Shown here: piece by piece, positions 50,399 through 59,506 of the stretch
Numbering within the stretch: position 1 is the first letter of the stretch
Layout: each line of letters opens with the position of its first letter
Origin: Candidatus Heimdallarchaeota archaeon
GTDB taxonomy: Archaea; Asgardarchaeota; Heimdallarchaeia; Hodarchaeales; Hodarchaeaceae
NCBI GenBank assembly: GCA_011364965.1
Contig: RDOB01000003.1
Location: 464,939 to 528,938, forward strand
Length of the DNA stretch: 64,000 nt
Reading direction: 5' to 3'
Program-made: the position numbers and the translations under genes
Notes under the pieces: model-generated
Seen by the model: only the letters and a program-made list of their open reading frames with translations
What the model was told of the DNA's origin: nothing
The model's database searches: none

Positions 50399-51325
50399 GT
50401 GGAAAATTTCCGAGGAATGATGATGCCAAATATTGAAATTAGAGGATTTAATCCAGATCGATTAGAAGAATTAGCAAAAGAGCAAACACAAATATATAAT
50501 GAAGCAACCTCTAAATTACCTGAATATGCACCAGCTAAGGTTGAAGATACCATTACGAGGTTCAAAAGGGAAACTTTTGATCAAAGTCGAATGTTCTATG
50601 CATATGAAGGAGAGAAATTGTTGGGATATTCGGGTTTGACTGGACGAAACGAGCAGGAAAACCGACGAGGAGTGGGATATCCTTGGTTAAGAGAAGGAAC
50701 TCCAGATATTGTTAGAGATCAATTATATGAGGCAATGGAAACAAAATGTAGACAAGAGGGAACAGCTTTACTAAGAGTTTATGGTTCTCCGCGTTACCCT
50801 GAACAATTGAACTTCTTTAAATCGAAAAAATTCAAAATAGAAGTCGAATTCTTAGTACATCATAAAGATTTAAAGACCAATGAGTTTAAAATTCCAAATA
50901 AATACATTTTCCGGGAGTTAAAGAAAGAGGATTTACCTGTATTAGAAAAAGTATCGCAAAATGACCCTAAAATGAAATCCCCATTTATTGCGTCTGATTT
51001 TGAGCAGTACATGAATTCAACAGATTATGATGCAGAAAGTATAGTTATTGCAGAAAAAAATGGATCTGTAGTTGGATTCTATGGGATGTTTATCCCCCCA
51101 GATCCAGATAATGAAAAAGTATATTTTGGGGGAGTAGCAATTCATGGAGATTATCAAGAAATAGAACCATACCTCCTCATGGAACTAGAAAACAGAGCAA
51201 TCAAACGAGGAAAAAAGAAATTTGAGATAACATTCTTTCCTGATTCTCCCCGCTTACCATTTGCAAAAGAACGAGGTTACATCTTAACAGAACATAGTTA
51301 CCAACTAGATAAAAGACTTGATTAA
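50399..51325 (+). CDS. Tandem GNAT-fold acetyltransferase
   Basis: Two GNAT-like halves (FYAYEGEKLLGY; FRELKKEDL..VIAEKNGSVVGF..GVAIHGDYQ); likely start at MMMPNIE. Confidence 0.78.
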   Translation: MENFRGMMMPNIEIRGFNPDRLEELAKEQTQIYNEATSKLPEYAPAKVEDTITRFKRETFDQSRMFYAYEGEKLLGYSGLTGRNEQENRRGVGYPWLREGTPDIVRDQLYEAMETKCRQEGTALLRVYGSPRYPEQLNFFKSKKFKIEVEFLVHHKDLKTNEFKIPNKYIFRELKKEDLPVLEKVSQNDPKMKSPFIASDFEQYMNSTDYDAESIVIAEKNGSVVGFYGMFIPPDPDNEKVYFGGVAIHGDYQEIEPYLLMELENRAIKRGKKKFEITFFPDSPRLPFAKERGYILTEHSYQLDKRLD

Positions 51326-51751
51326 TCAATCACCTCTGTGAAAACTTGAATCGATTTATATTTTCAAATTCATGGTGTTTCAACCAATTTCATTCGATTC
51401 TGGGCATTTAAAAAGTAACAGCTGAGTACCCAACAAGTAGAATTCCAGTGAAACGTAAAATGCACATCCAATTAGAAGCTTTCAAAATACCCAATCAGAA
51501 TGCGATCACAAGAATATTATATACAAAATAAAGCAGAATAACGATTGAACTTGAAAGAGTACGAATGGTGCTTATTTAACTAATATATTGAGATGTAAAA
51601 TCATAATTCCCCTATAACAAACCTCCGAGTATACCAGTACCACTATAAAGTAGTGAAGAGAAGATATCACAGATGAAGAAGAATTTTCTTGGTTACCGTG
51701 GAGTTTCAACCATTTTAAACCCCATCAGTAAATAATATTGGATTGCTTTCC

Positions 51752-52948
51752 TTAGTCGCGGTAAGGATCTCTTATACCAATTGAACGGTACATTGCTGTA
51801 CGTAGAGCGAAGTCTCTTGGATCTATAAGAGCCATACCCATCCCGTTGGGGACATAAGCATATCCAATCTTGGCTTGTGGGTTAGCAAATCCAAATGAAC
51901 CTCCTGTTCCGGGCATCCCAAATGAGCTGGGAGCTCCAAAGGGATTCTTCGGAGAGGGTCTCATGAAACCAAGCGAGAATGGTGTCTCCTGTTTAAAGGC
52001 CAAGTCTCGGAATCCTTGTTGTGGTGCCACTGGTAGCGCCATCAGTTGTTGTAATGTTTCCTCTCGTATTCCAAGCTCCTTTCCACCTGTCGCAAAGACA
52101 CTGTATGCATGAGCAATCGCACGAGCTGTTCCCACTCCTCCTCCTGAAGGAACCTCGAAACTTCTGGTGTATATGCACTCTTTGTCTAATGAAATGTCAG
52201 TTCCTAACAATGATCTGCGGAATACTGAGCGTGGATTCATCGATGCCAGAATCAACGATAATGGCATTCCTCGCATTGATAAAAGGCTGATTTTGGCTTG
52301 TCGGAGGGTAGCTAGCCTGTTATCTGGAATTTCTTCTGGAAGACTGATGTAGAAGTCAAGGCCAAGCGGAGTTGCAATTTCATCCTGAAAGTACTGCCCT
52401 ATACTGCGACCTTTGGGATCAACTCGGCGCAAAAGCTCGCTTTGGTAGTATCCAAGGGTAATAGCATGGTAACCTTGCCTTGTTCCTGGTTCCCAAGCCG
52501 GTTTTTGTTGCGCCAGGATTACTGCTAAGCGATTAAGGTTTGCTATAAGATCCTTATTATTTTGTCCCTCGAATTCAAAAAGACCAGCTTGATGTGCCAG
52601 TAATTGCCTGATAGTGATTTTTTCCTTGCCTTGTTGAGCAAATTCAGGCCAATACCTTGAGATAGGCTCGTCATAGTCAAAAAATCCCTGTGAATTAGCA
52701 AGTGCCATAGCTAGACCAGCTAATCCCTTTGTAGTCGACCAAACGATCACCATTGTGTCTTCTTCCCAAGGTTCTCTTGTAGTTTCATTCCTGATGCCAC
52801 CCCATAGGTCTACTACTTTTTCTCCCTGATAATAAATGCAACAGGCAGCCCCAAGCTCATTACGCCTCTCGAAGTTTTCAGCGAAGGCTTCGCGCACAGC
52901 TTCAAATCCGGGTTTAACAAAACCTGATACCGCACTTTTTTTGCCCAC
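51752..52948 (-). CDS. Beta-lactamase-fold serine hydrolase (family VIII esterase)
   Basis: WSTTK (SxxK), LLAHQAG, GYH, FGMPGTGGS. Confidence 0.92.
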   Translation of the reverse strand: MGKKSAVSGFVKPGFEAVREAFAENFERRNELGAACCIYYQGEKVVDLWGGIRNETTREPWEEDTMVIVWSTTKGLAGLAMALANSQGFFDYDEPISRYWPEFAQQGKEKITIRQLLAHQAGLFEFEGQNNKDLIANLNRLAVILAQQKPAWEPGTRQGYHAITLGYYQSELLRRVDPKGRSIGQYFQDEIATPLGLDFYISLPEEIPDNRLATLRQAKISLLSMRGMPLSLILASMNPRSVFRRSLLGTDISLDKECIYTRSFEVPSGGGVGTARAIAHAYSVFATGGKELGIREETLQQLMALPVAPQQGFRDLAFKQETPFSLGFMRPSPKNPFGAPSSFGMPGTGGSFGFANPQAKIGYAYVPNGMGMALIDPRDFALRTAMYRSIGIRDPYRD

Positions 52949-53080
52949 TTCGATTCACCGTGTTGTTTATAAAGAAAATGATTAACAAAAATTTATTAAA
53001 TATTTATATATAGTGTGGAGATACATAAAAGGTACAAAGTGCTTAGGCATTTCAGTTCTCACGCTTGGAAATGAGGTTTT

Positions 53081-53920
53081 TTGTTTATGACTACAGGAAA
53101 GCAAGACTCAGAGGTGAAACCTGAAGATTCAGGAGGTAATATTCCTTTCAGGGAAATAACCCGCAGATCCACTGGGCCCATAGACCTTCTTAACAACATT
53201 GCACCGAAAAATCGAATCTACGGACTGGTTGAAATCGATGTCACCAAAGCACGTAAGTTTATCTCGGAGAATGAAGCGAAAACTGGGGAGAAACTGTCCT
53301 TCACAGCTTGGGTGATAAAGTGCATTGCTCAAGCCATAAGCGAACATAGAGAAATCCAAGCCTTCAAGAAAGGGAAGATGAAGCTCATTGTTTTCGATGA
53401 TGTCGACGTTGGCATGATTATCGAACGACAGGTAAAATCAGAAAGGTTCCCAACCCAATATATCGTTAGAAAGGCAAATGAAAAGAGTTTCAGGCAGATT
53501 CATGATGAAATTCGCCGAGCTCAGAAACCAAACACTAGTGAATCTATCGTTACTGGTGAAGGAATTCCTAATTCAGTTAGTATCTTTCTTCGCCTGCCAG
53601 GCCCTTTAAAAAAGCCTTTTTGGTGGAAAATTAGGTCGGATCCTTTTCTGAGGAAGCGTCTCATGGGTACTGTTGGCGTCACAGCACTAGGCATGTTCGG
53701 GAAGGGGGGTGGATGGGCCATTCCAATCGGTTTGCACTCTGTGGTCTTCGCATTGGGAGGAATCAGCAGAAAACCAAGAGATCTGGCTAATCCAGTTGAT
53801 ATTGTTGAATACCTCTGCACAACTGTTATGTTCGATGAGGAAGTGTCATTTGGAGCCCCCGCAACCCGGTTCCTTGCTAAACTTTCAGAACTCATGCAGA
53901 CGGGGTTTGGTCTCGAATGA
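53081..53920 (+). CDS. Stand-alone E2 acyltransferase-like domain with degenerate catalytic motif
   Basis: Paralog of 27773-28609 (IDVTKAR, LSFTAW, GMFG..GWAIP) but FDEEVSFGAPA replaces FDHDIIDGAPA. Confidence 0.82.
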   Translation: MFMTTGKQDSEVKPEDSGGNIPFREITRRSTGPIDLLNNIAPKNRIYGLVEIDVTKARKFISENEAKTGEKLSFTAWVIKCIAQAISEHREIQAFKKGKMKLIVFDDVDVGMIIERQVKSERFPTQYIVRKANEKSFRQIHDEIRRAQKPNTSESIVTGEGIPNSVSIFLRLPGPLKKPFWWKIRSDPFLRKRLMGTVGVTALGMFGKGGGWAIPIGLHSVVFALGGISRKPRDLANPVDIVEYLCTTVMFDEEVSFGAPATRFLAKLSELMQTGFGLE

Positions 53921-54086
53921 TTGATAGTGTGGGGATATTTGAGATTGAGGTATTCATCCAATAGAATAGTACCCTCATATTCCATCCTCAACGATTCATT
54001 CACAAGAGTGTAATACCAATTCAATGATTTAGCAGAAGTACTAAAAGAAAAAGATAGATTAGACATTTTATAGCGGAGATGATGCA

Positions 54087-54551
54087 GTGAAAATTCTTGT
54101 AGCATTTGATTCAAAATATGGAAACACAAAAACTGTAGCAGAAACTATTGTAGATGGTATGGAAGCAATTGGGGACATTAATGTTACACTCATCAATATG
54201 AAAAAAGTTGATTTCAAGAAGCTAGATGAATATGATGCAATCGTAATGGGTTGTCCTACTCATTTTGGGAAGGCAACTAGAACAGCTATGAAATTCATTG
54301 AGAGACTTGGAAAAACTAGTGAAACAGGAAAGCCAATAGCCACCTTTGATACGTACTTTAAAACTGATTTCGAAAAAGCAGTAAAGAAGATGGAGAAAAA
54401 AATAAGAGAGGAAATATCTGGATCTCAACTGTTACTTCCAAGCTTATCTATAGAAGTTGAGGATATGAAGGGACCCATCTTGGAGAAAGAATTACCTAAA
54501 TGTAGAGAATTCGGAAAACGGATTGTTTCTCAACTTAAATCTGAATTTTAG
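54087..54551 (+). CDS. Flavodoxin family protein
   Basis: SKYGNTKTVA, YDAIVMGCPT, ATFDT. Confidence 0.9.
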   Translation: MKILVAFDSKYGNTKTVAETIVDGMEAIGDINVTLINMKKVDFKKLDEYDAIVMGCPTHFGKATRTAMKFIERLGKTSETGKPIATFDTYFKTDFEKAVKKMEKKIREEISGSQLLLPSLSIEVEDMKGPILEKELPKCREFGKRIVSQLKSEF

Positions 54552-54648
54552 ATGGAATCTTTGATAATTCAAAATTGAAAATGACTCGACAAAGGAAATA
54601 AACTGGCTTTGTTGCACAATTCAGAGCTTTTTCTATAATTCCATTTTG

Positions 54649-55050
54649 CTATGGGCAGAATTTAACTTCTCGTTGAGAAGCAAGCCAGAGATCAACTCCA
54701 AGTTCCCTCATCTTTTTCATATTATCAATAGTCTTCGCGTGGTTTAGAGCTTGTTTTCCAAATTCAATTAACTTTTCGCAAACAAAATCCTTACATTCAA
54801 AGCAGTAGGTTAATCCTTGGTTAATAGCACAAGATCGAAACGGACAATCAGAAGTCCAGCACCTATCGGCTATACCTCTACACTTTTCACAAGATACAGA
54901 AATGATGCTTGCATCAATATTTTCCTTGAAGAATTTAAGTAATCTATCATGCAGTTCAGGTTCACCATGTGACGCACGATAAATATCACAAACAGCACAA
55001 TTTAGTCCGCAAAAACTGAGATCCCATTCTTTTTTTATATCGTTTTTCAA
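54649..55050 (-). CDS. DUF3795 family Cys-rich protein
   Basis: CGLNCAVC, CEKCR, C...C...G...CFEC..F.C. Confidence 0.85.
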   Translation of the reverse strand: MKNDIKKEWDLSFCGLNCAVCDIYRASHGEPELHDRLLKFFKENIDASIISVSCEKCRGIADRCWTSDCPFRSCAINQGLTYCFECKDFVCEKLIEFGKQALNHAKTIDNMKKMRELGVDLWLASQREVKFCP

Positions 55051-55648
55051 TGTAATTCTCCGTAGTTTGAAAATACTATGGACATGAGTTTAACGATTTT
55101 TATAATAAAAATATTATTTAATCATAAATTCTAGCTGCTTTTCGAAATAAAGTTGGTTATCTATTAATTTACCTAAAAAAGGTTATCAAATAGATTTATT
55201 GTTATTCAAAAGCTTTCAAATTTCCGATGATTATTTTTAATGAAAGTCTTAAAAAAGAACTAATACACTACAATTGGAACTTAATTTATACATTATATAT
55301 TTTTGTGCTTCAGGTACGTCCTAAACAGAATGAACGACATTATTCTACCCGTTCAGCAGATCCTACTAAGTATTAGTAAAATAATAAATTGCTATTATTT
55401 TAGTTTTAATGAAGAATCTCCCATAATCGCAAAAGGAGATCATGAAGCCACGATCACTTTAACTTTACCTTAAAGGTTAATTAGGTTACTATTTAGGTTC
55501 ATCAGAGCTAGGAAGAGATACTTTCCAAAACGAAAATAGTGTCTTTCCATTTAAATATGTCTTCTCTTCATTGAATTGGCTCAATCCGTAGCAAAATCAA
55601 GAAATTTGATCCTAGAGTATTTGGAAAATGAACGATAACCATTGAGGA

Positions 55649-57307
55649 ATGAAATTGAATAATAAAATGAAATTATTAACAGTAACCACAATTAGTATTC
55701 TGCTATTAAGCATAAGCATTGTTAGTTGTGGATCTATCCTTGATTCAGGTCAAAATTTGCAACTGCAAGTTAATATTGCAGATTTTACGTATTCTACCTA
55801 TCTAGGAGGAGATAATTCGGTTCTTTCAGAAGTTAATATTGAAGATCAGATCAGAGATGTGACCATTGATTCGCAAGAAAACATTATTGTCACGGGAAAC
55901 ACTTTATGTGCCAATTTTCCTATTAGAAATGCTTTTCAGGATACTTTTGCTGGTGGCGGGAATGATATTCATGGTGTTGGCGGGGATGCCTTCTTGACGA
56001 AGTTTGATAAAGAGGGACAGCTTGTGTGGTCTACATTTTTAGGTGGAAGTGGCTTAGATGGAGGGAAATTTGTTAAAGTAATAGAAAACGATAAGATAAT
56101 TGTACTAGGGATTACTAAATCAAGTGATTTTCCTACCACTGATGGCGCTTATCAGAAAAACTACTGTAATAACTATGATATGTTTATAACAATGTTTTCT
56201 TCAAATGGATCAATGATCTATTCAAGTTTTCTAGGTGAGAGTGGAAACGAAGATATATCTGATTTTGAACTTGACTCAGCTGGCAATCTAATTATCTCAG
56301 GTCTTACTACATCTATTAATTATCCAGTGACGGCAAATGCAGCTCAACCAACTATTGGGGGTGAAACAGACGGTTTTCTCATGCGTTTATCTCCAAATTG
56401 CTCTTCGATCCTATACTCAACTTATTTAGGGGGGATTAATAATGACACGATTAACGAAATTAGTTTAGATGGCCAAAGTAATATTGTTGTTACAGGATAC
56501 ACTCTGAGCTCAAATTTTCCAGTTACACCCAATGCTTTTCAAAGTTCCATGAATAGCACCCTTAGTGACACCTTTATGGCAATATATAACTCTTCTGGCC
56601 AGAAAACCTATGCTACTTACTTTGGAGGTTCAGAATCGGATTATAGCTCAGGAATTGCAATTGATTCAGGAGGAAATATCATTGTGGGGGGTAGAACCTA
56701 TTCTACCGATTTTCCTACAATAAATGCCTGGCATGCAAATTATAGTAGTATTATGGTTGATGGATTTGTCACAAAATTCAGTGCAGATGGCCAAGAACTA
56801 ATTTTTTCGGGTAATTATGGAGCATCTAGTTGGGATATAATCCATGGTGTATCAATTGATTCTAATGACAATATTATTGTAAGTGGATATGCAGACATTG
56901 ATCCAAATGGTTTTCCTATTTTAAATGCATTTCAAGAAGACATCTACGGCCGGTGTGATATTGTCATAATGATGCTTTCTCCAGCAGGTCAACCATTATT
57001 TGGAACTTATTTAGGAGGTAATGAAATAGATCATCCGTGGAATCAATATCTTACTAGTAATAATCTCTATATTGTGGGATTCACGAAATCCGCTAATTTC
57101 TTTACAACTAGCAATGGTTACCAGCAAACGCTCAGAGGAAATCATGATGGATTCCTCTTTAGGTTCGATATAGAAGGATATTTAAATGCATTAACAGAAT
57201 TGGATCCTAGTGCTAGTTTTGATCCATTTTTTCTAGTTATTGTTGGTTTATTCTCCATTTTGGGAATTGGAGTAATTTTTTATAGAATTTTACGCCGTAC
57301 GAGTTAG
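55649..57307 (+). CDS. SBBP-repeat beta-propeller cell-surface protein
   Basis: Repeats YSTYLGG...D....I.ID..GNI.V.G.T.S.DFP; N-terminal signal (possible lipobox IVSC); C-terminal TM anchor. Confidence 0.9.
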   Translation: MKLNNKMKLLTVTTISILLLSISIVSCGSILDSGQNLQLQVNIADFTYSTYLGGDNSVLSEVNIEDQIRDVTIDSQENIIVTGNTLCANFPIRNAFQDTFAGGGNDIHGVGGDAFLTKFDKEGQLVWSTFLGGSGLDGGKFVKVIENDKIIVLGITKSSDFPTTDGAYQKNYCNNYDMFITMFSSNGSMIYSSFLGESGNEDISDFELDSAGNLIISGLTTSINYPVTANAAQPTIGGETDGFLMRLSPNCSSILYSTYLGGINNDTINEISLDGQSNIVVTGYTLSSNFPVTPNAFQSSMNSTLSDTFMAIYNSSGQKTYATYFGGSESDYSSGIAIDSGGNIIVGGRTYSTDFPTINAWHANYSSIMVDGFVTKFSADGQELIFSGNYGASSWDIIHGVSIDSNDNIIVSGYADIDPNGFPILNAFQEDIYGRCDIVIMMLSPAGQPLFGTYLGGNEIDHPWNQYLTSNNLYIVGFTKSANFFTTSNGYQQTLRGNHDGFLFRFDIEGYLNALTELDPSASFDPFFLVIVGLFSILGIGVIFYRILRRTS

Positions 57308-57471
57308 TTAAAATCAGTAAAAATCTACGATTTGATAATCAACCCCTCCTGTTCTAAAAGGGAAGCAGCAGAGTATATAAGGTTTCTTTTTGGTGAAACA
57401 TTAAACAACCTACAAACACTACATATAACTAAAATATGGATTTGCATACTCCAATATCAAAAAATTAGTAT

Positions 57472-58437
57472 TTATGGAACAACTCCAAATCCTAAAACTA
57501 CGCCATTAAATTCAGTAACTGAAACATCCTTAAGTCCCACTGTGGTTAGGTCATGAAAAATCTCATCTTTTGATATATTTGCTATTAACGGGTTTGAAGC
57601 AACCAATTCAATAAATGAATCAATAATGAAATGATTAACTTTTGGGGGGATGGAAAATGAGGCAACTATTACTAATCCTGCTGATTTAGTAACCCGAACA
57701 GCTTCTTTAAGAAGCTCTGTGGAACTCAAATTAAAAAATTCCTTTCTTTTTTGGTAGGATGTTAAATAACAGGCATCAAAGTCCTTATCTGGCTCTCTAA
57801 CTTTTCCACTGAGAATCTTTGTTTGATGTATTTCAGATGAATACGGTAGAACATATTTCTGAAAAGAATCATTCGCTGCAACAACATGGATGTGTTTTGC
57901 ATAACGTTCAATAATCGGATACGCATGTACGTCCAAAGAAGCTTCCTGGCTAATAACAAGGATAGAATCAACCTCTTGAGTCACTCCAAGCTGATTAATA
58001 ATAAAAGAAGCAATTTCAGGGAAAAATGAACGAAAATTAAAACCAGTAAAAGAAAATAAGGAGCCAATCTGTTTAAAAGCATTATCTGATTTTGGAGTCA
58101 GATGAACAAGTGATATATTTCCCATAGAGTCAGCAGAGAATTCAAGGAATCCCTTTCTTTCAAGCTTGTTTAAGCTGTTGTAAAAACTAGAAGCTGAGAT
58201 TCTTTTCTGGGGAGAAAGGTATGAATTTATACTTTGTAGAACAGTATAACGTACAGTTCCTTCAGGAAAGGCCGATATCATGAGTAATATAAAAACTTGA
58301 GATATAGATAAATCAATCACATCATCAAAGCCTGTAAAAGTATCAATTGATGAACTATTATTAGAATTTCCCGTGTTTTGGTTTCGTTTGTCTGAGAACA
58401 AATAATTTCTTCTCCATAATTGAATCAGTTGAATCAC
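57472..58437 (-). CDS. Winged-helix (PadR-like) regulator fused to degenerate methyltransferase-like domain
   Basis: ISASSFYNSLNKLERKGFL..LTPK wHTH; C-terminal EPDKDFD and LKEAVRVTKSAGLV MTase motifs without a GxG loop; true start possibly TTG near 58402. Confidence 0.75.
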   Translation of the reverse strand: MIQLIQLWRRNYLFSDKRNQNTGNSNNSSSIDTFTGFDDVIDLSISQVFILLMISAFPEGTVRYTVLQSINSYLSPQKRISASSFYNSLNKLERKGFLEFSADSMGNISLVHLTPKSDNAFKQIGSLFSFTGFNFRSFFPEIASFIINQLGVTQEVDSILVISQEASLDVHAYPIIERYAKHIHVVAANDSFQKYVLPYSSEIHQTKILSGKVREPDKDFDACYLTSYQKRKEFFNLSSTELLKEAVRVTKSAGLVIVASFSIPPKVNHFIIDSFIELVASNPLIANISKDEIFHDLTTVGLKDVSVTEFNGVVLGFGVVP

Positions 58438-58493
58438 GATTCATTTACTTATAGTCTAATAATGTATGGTCAATAGTTTATCTTTTTTATAGA

Positions 58494-58593
58494 TTTCCAA
58501 TTCTGGAAAATATAATTTTAAATTAAATTTTATTTATTTTAGAATTCCTTTATTTAAATTCCAAATTTAGAATCATTAATTCCATAATTGGAA
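58494..58593. promoter_or_regulatory. Three copies of palindrome TTCCA-N4-TGGAA (candidate operator array)
   Basis: 58495-58508 TTCCAATTCTGGAA, 58559-58572 TTCCAAATTTAGAA, 58580-58593 TTCCATAATTGGAA. Confidence 0.6.
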
Positions 58594-58707
58594 AACCTTT
58601 TTAAGGATTTATTATCTTCTCTCAAAATCGCTGATAGCAATTCATGAATCATGATCTTGATCATTTATAATGAAATCAGTCTTTTAAAACACAAGATGTG
58701 ATGAATT

Positions 58708-59412
58708 ATGATAAAAACAATATTTAAAAAATTTATTCGGAAAAAAGCATGGGGAACTCACAAAAAAGCCATAACTCAGGTATTAATACCGAGATGCAGA
58801 CGGGATGGAGTACCAGAGTACGGTCGTTTCACTTACAAAGATATAGAACGGATAATATTCCAAACAGAATCGAATATTAGAGAGTTAATGTCTTATTTCA
58901 AAAACCTTGATAATATTGGTAATTATATGATGCAATATGCTGGATTAATATATTTAGCTATATATAGAGCTCTAAAAGATGAGAACATAGATTCTACTTA
59001 TGCTATGAATCTAATTGGGGATATTCAATGGCAATATCGTATGAATAGTAATGGTTTATTTCCTATACTTGATCCGTTAAGACTGAAATTAGCCAAATTT
59101 AGAGCAAAAAGCCCAATAGATTTTCTGGGAAAACGTCTTGAAGACGCGTTGAAATACCCATATACCGAACCAGGCTATAAAGCAAAACTTTACAAAGATA
59201 AGGATGTATATTGTATGAATCTCTATTCATGTACGGTTTTTGATTTCTATAAACAATTCGGACAGGAAGAGATAACCTTGTTCAGAAGAACTTGGTGTAC
59301 CTATGATTTTGCAGTTGCAGAATATCTTGTTGAGGGTGGAAAATATGAAAGAGAACATACACTCTCCGATGGGGATGAGGTATGTGATATGAAATTTTTT
59401 ATTGGAAAGTAA
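58708..59412 (+). CDS. L-2-amino-thiazoline-4-carboxylic acid hydrolase (ATC hydrolase)-like protein
   Basis: C....FYK.FG, WCTYD, R.HTLSDGDEVCD pattern. Confidence 0.8.
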   Translation: MIKTIFKKFIRKKAWGTHKKAITQVLIPRCRRDGVPEYGRFTYKDIERIIFQTESNIRELMSYFKNLDNIGNYMMQYAGLIYLAIYRALKDENIDSTYAMNLIGDIQWQYRMNSNGLFPILDPLRLKLAKFRAKSPIDFLGKRLEDALKYPYTEPGYKAKLYKDKDVYCMNLYSCTVFDFYKQFGQEEITLFRRTWCTYDFAVAEYLVEGGKYEREHTLSDGDEVCDMKFFIGK

Positions 59413-59506
59413 ATCCATTTTCGCTCCAATTAAGTAAATAGTATGTCTAAAAGCTCTAAAATCAAAGGAAAATATAATTAATTATAGATTCAGTAATTCA
59501 CCTGAC

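Noticed and set aside
51371-51716. Two copies of TGG(T/A)GTTTCAACCA about 325 bp apart, reminiscent of a CRISPR repeat start
   Set aside because: Only two short copies, spacing far too long for spacers, no cas genes
53521-54129. 202-aa antisense ORF, and other short antisense ORFs in the track (e.g. 592-852, 15529-15930, 37518-37979, 59973-60404)
   Set aside because: They lie opposite well-supported genes and lack recognisable motifs; treated as shadow ORFs
55310-55473. Fragments resembling a histidine-kinase C-terminus (PTKY; ATITLTLP*)
   Set aside because: Too short and degenerate to support as a pseudogene without a search
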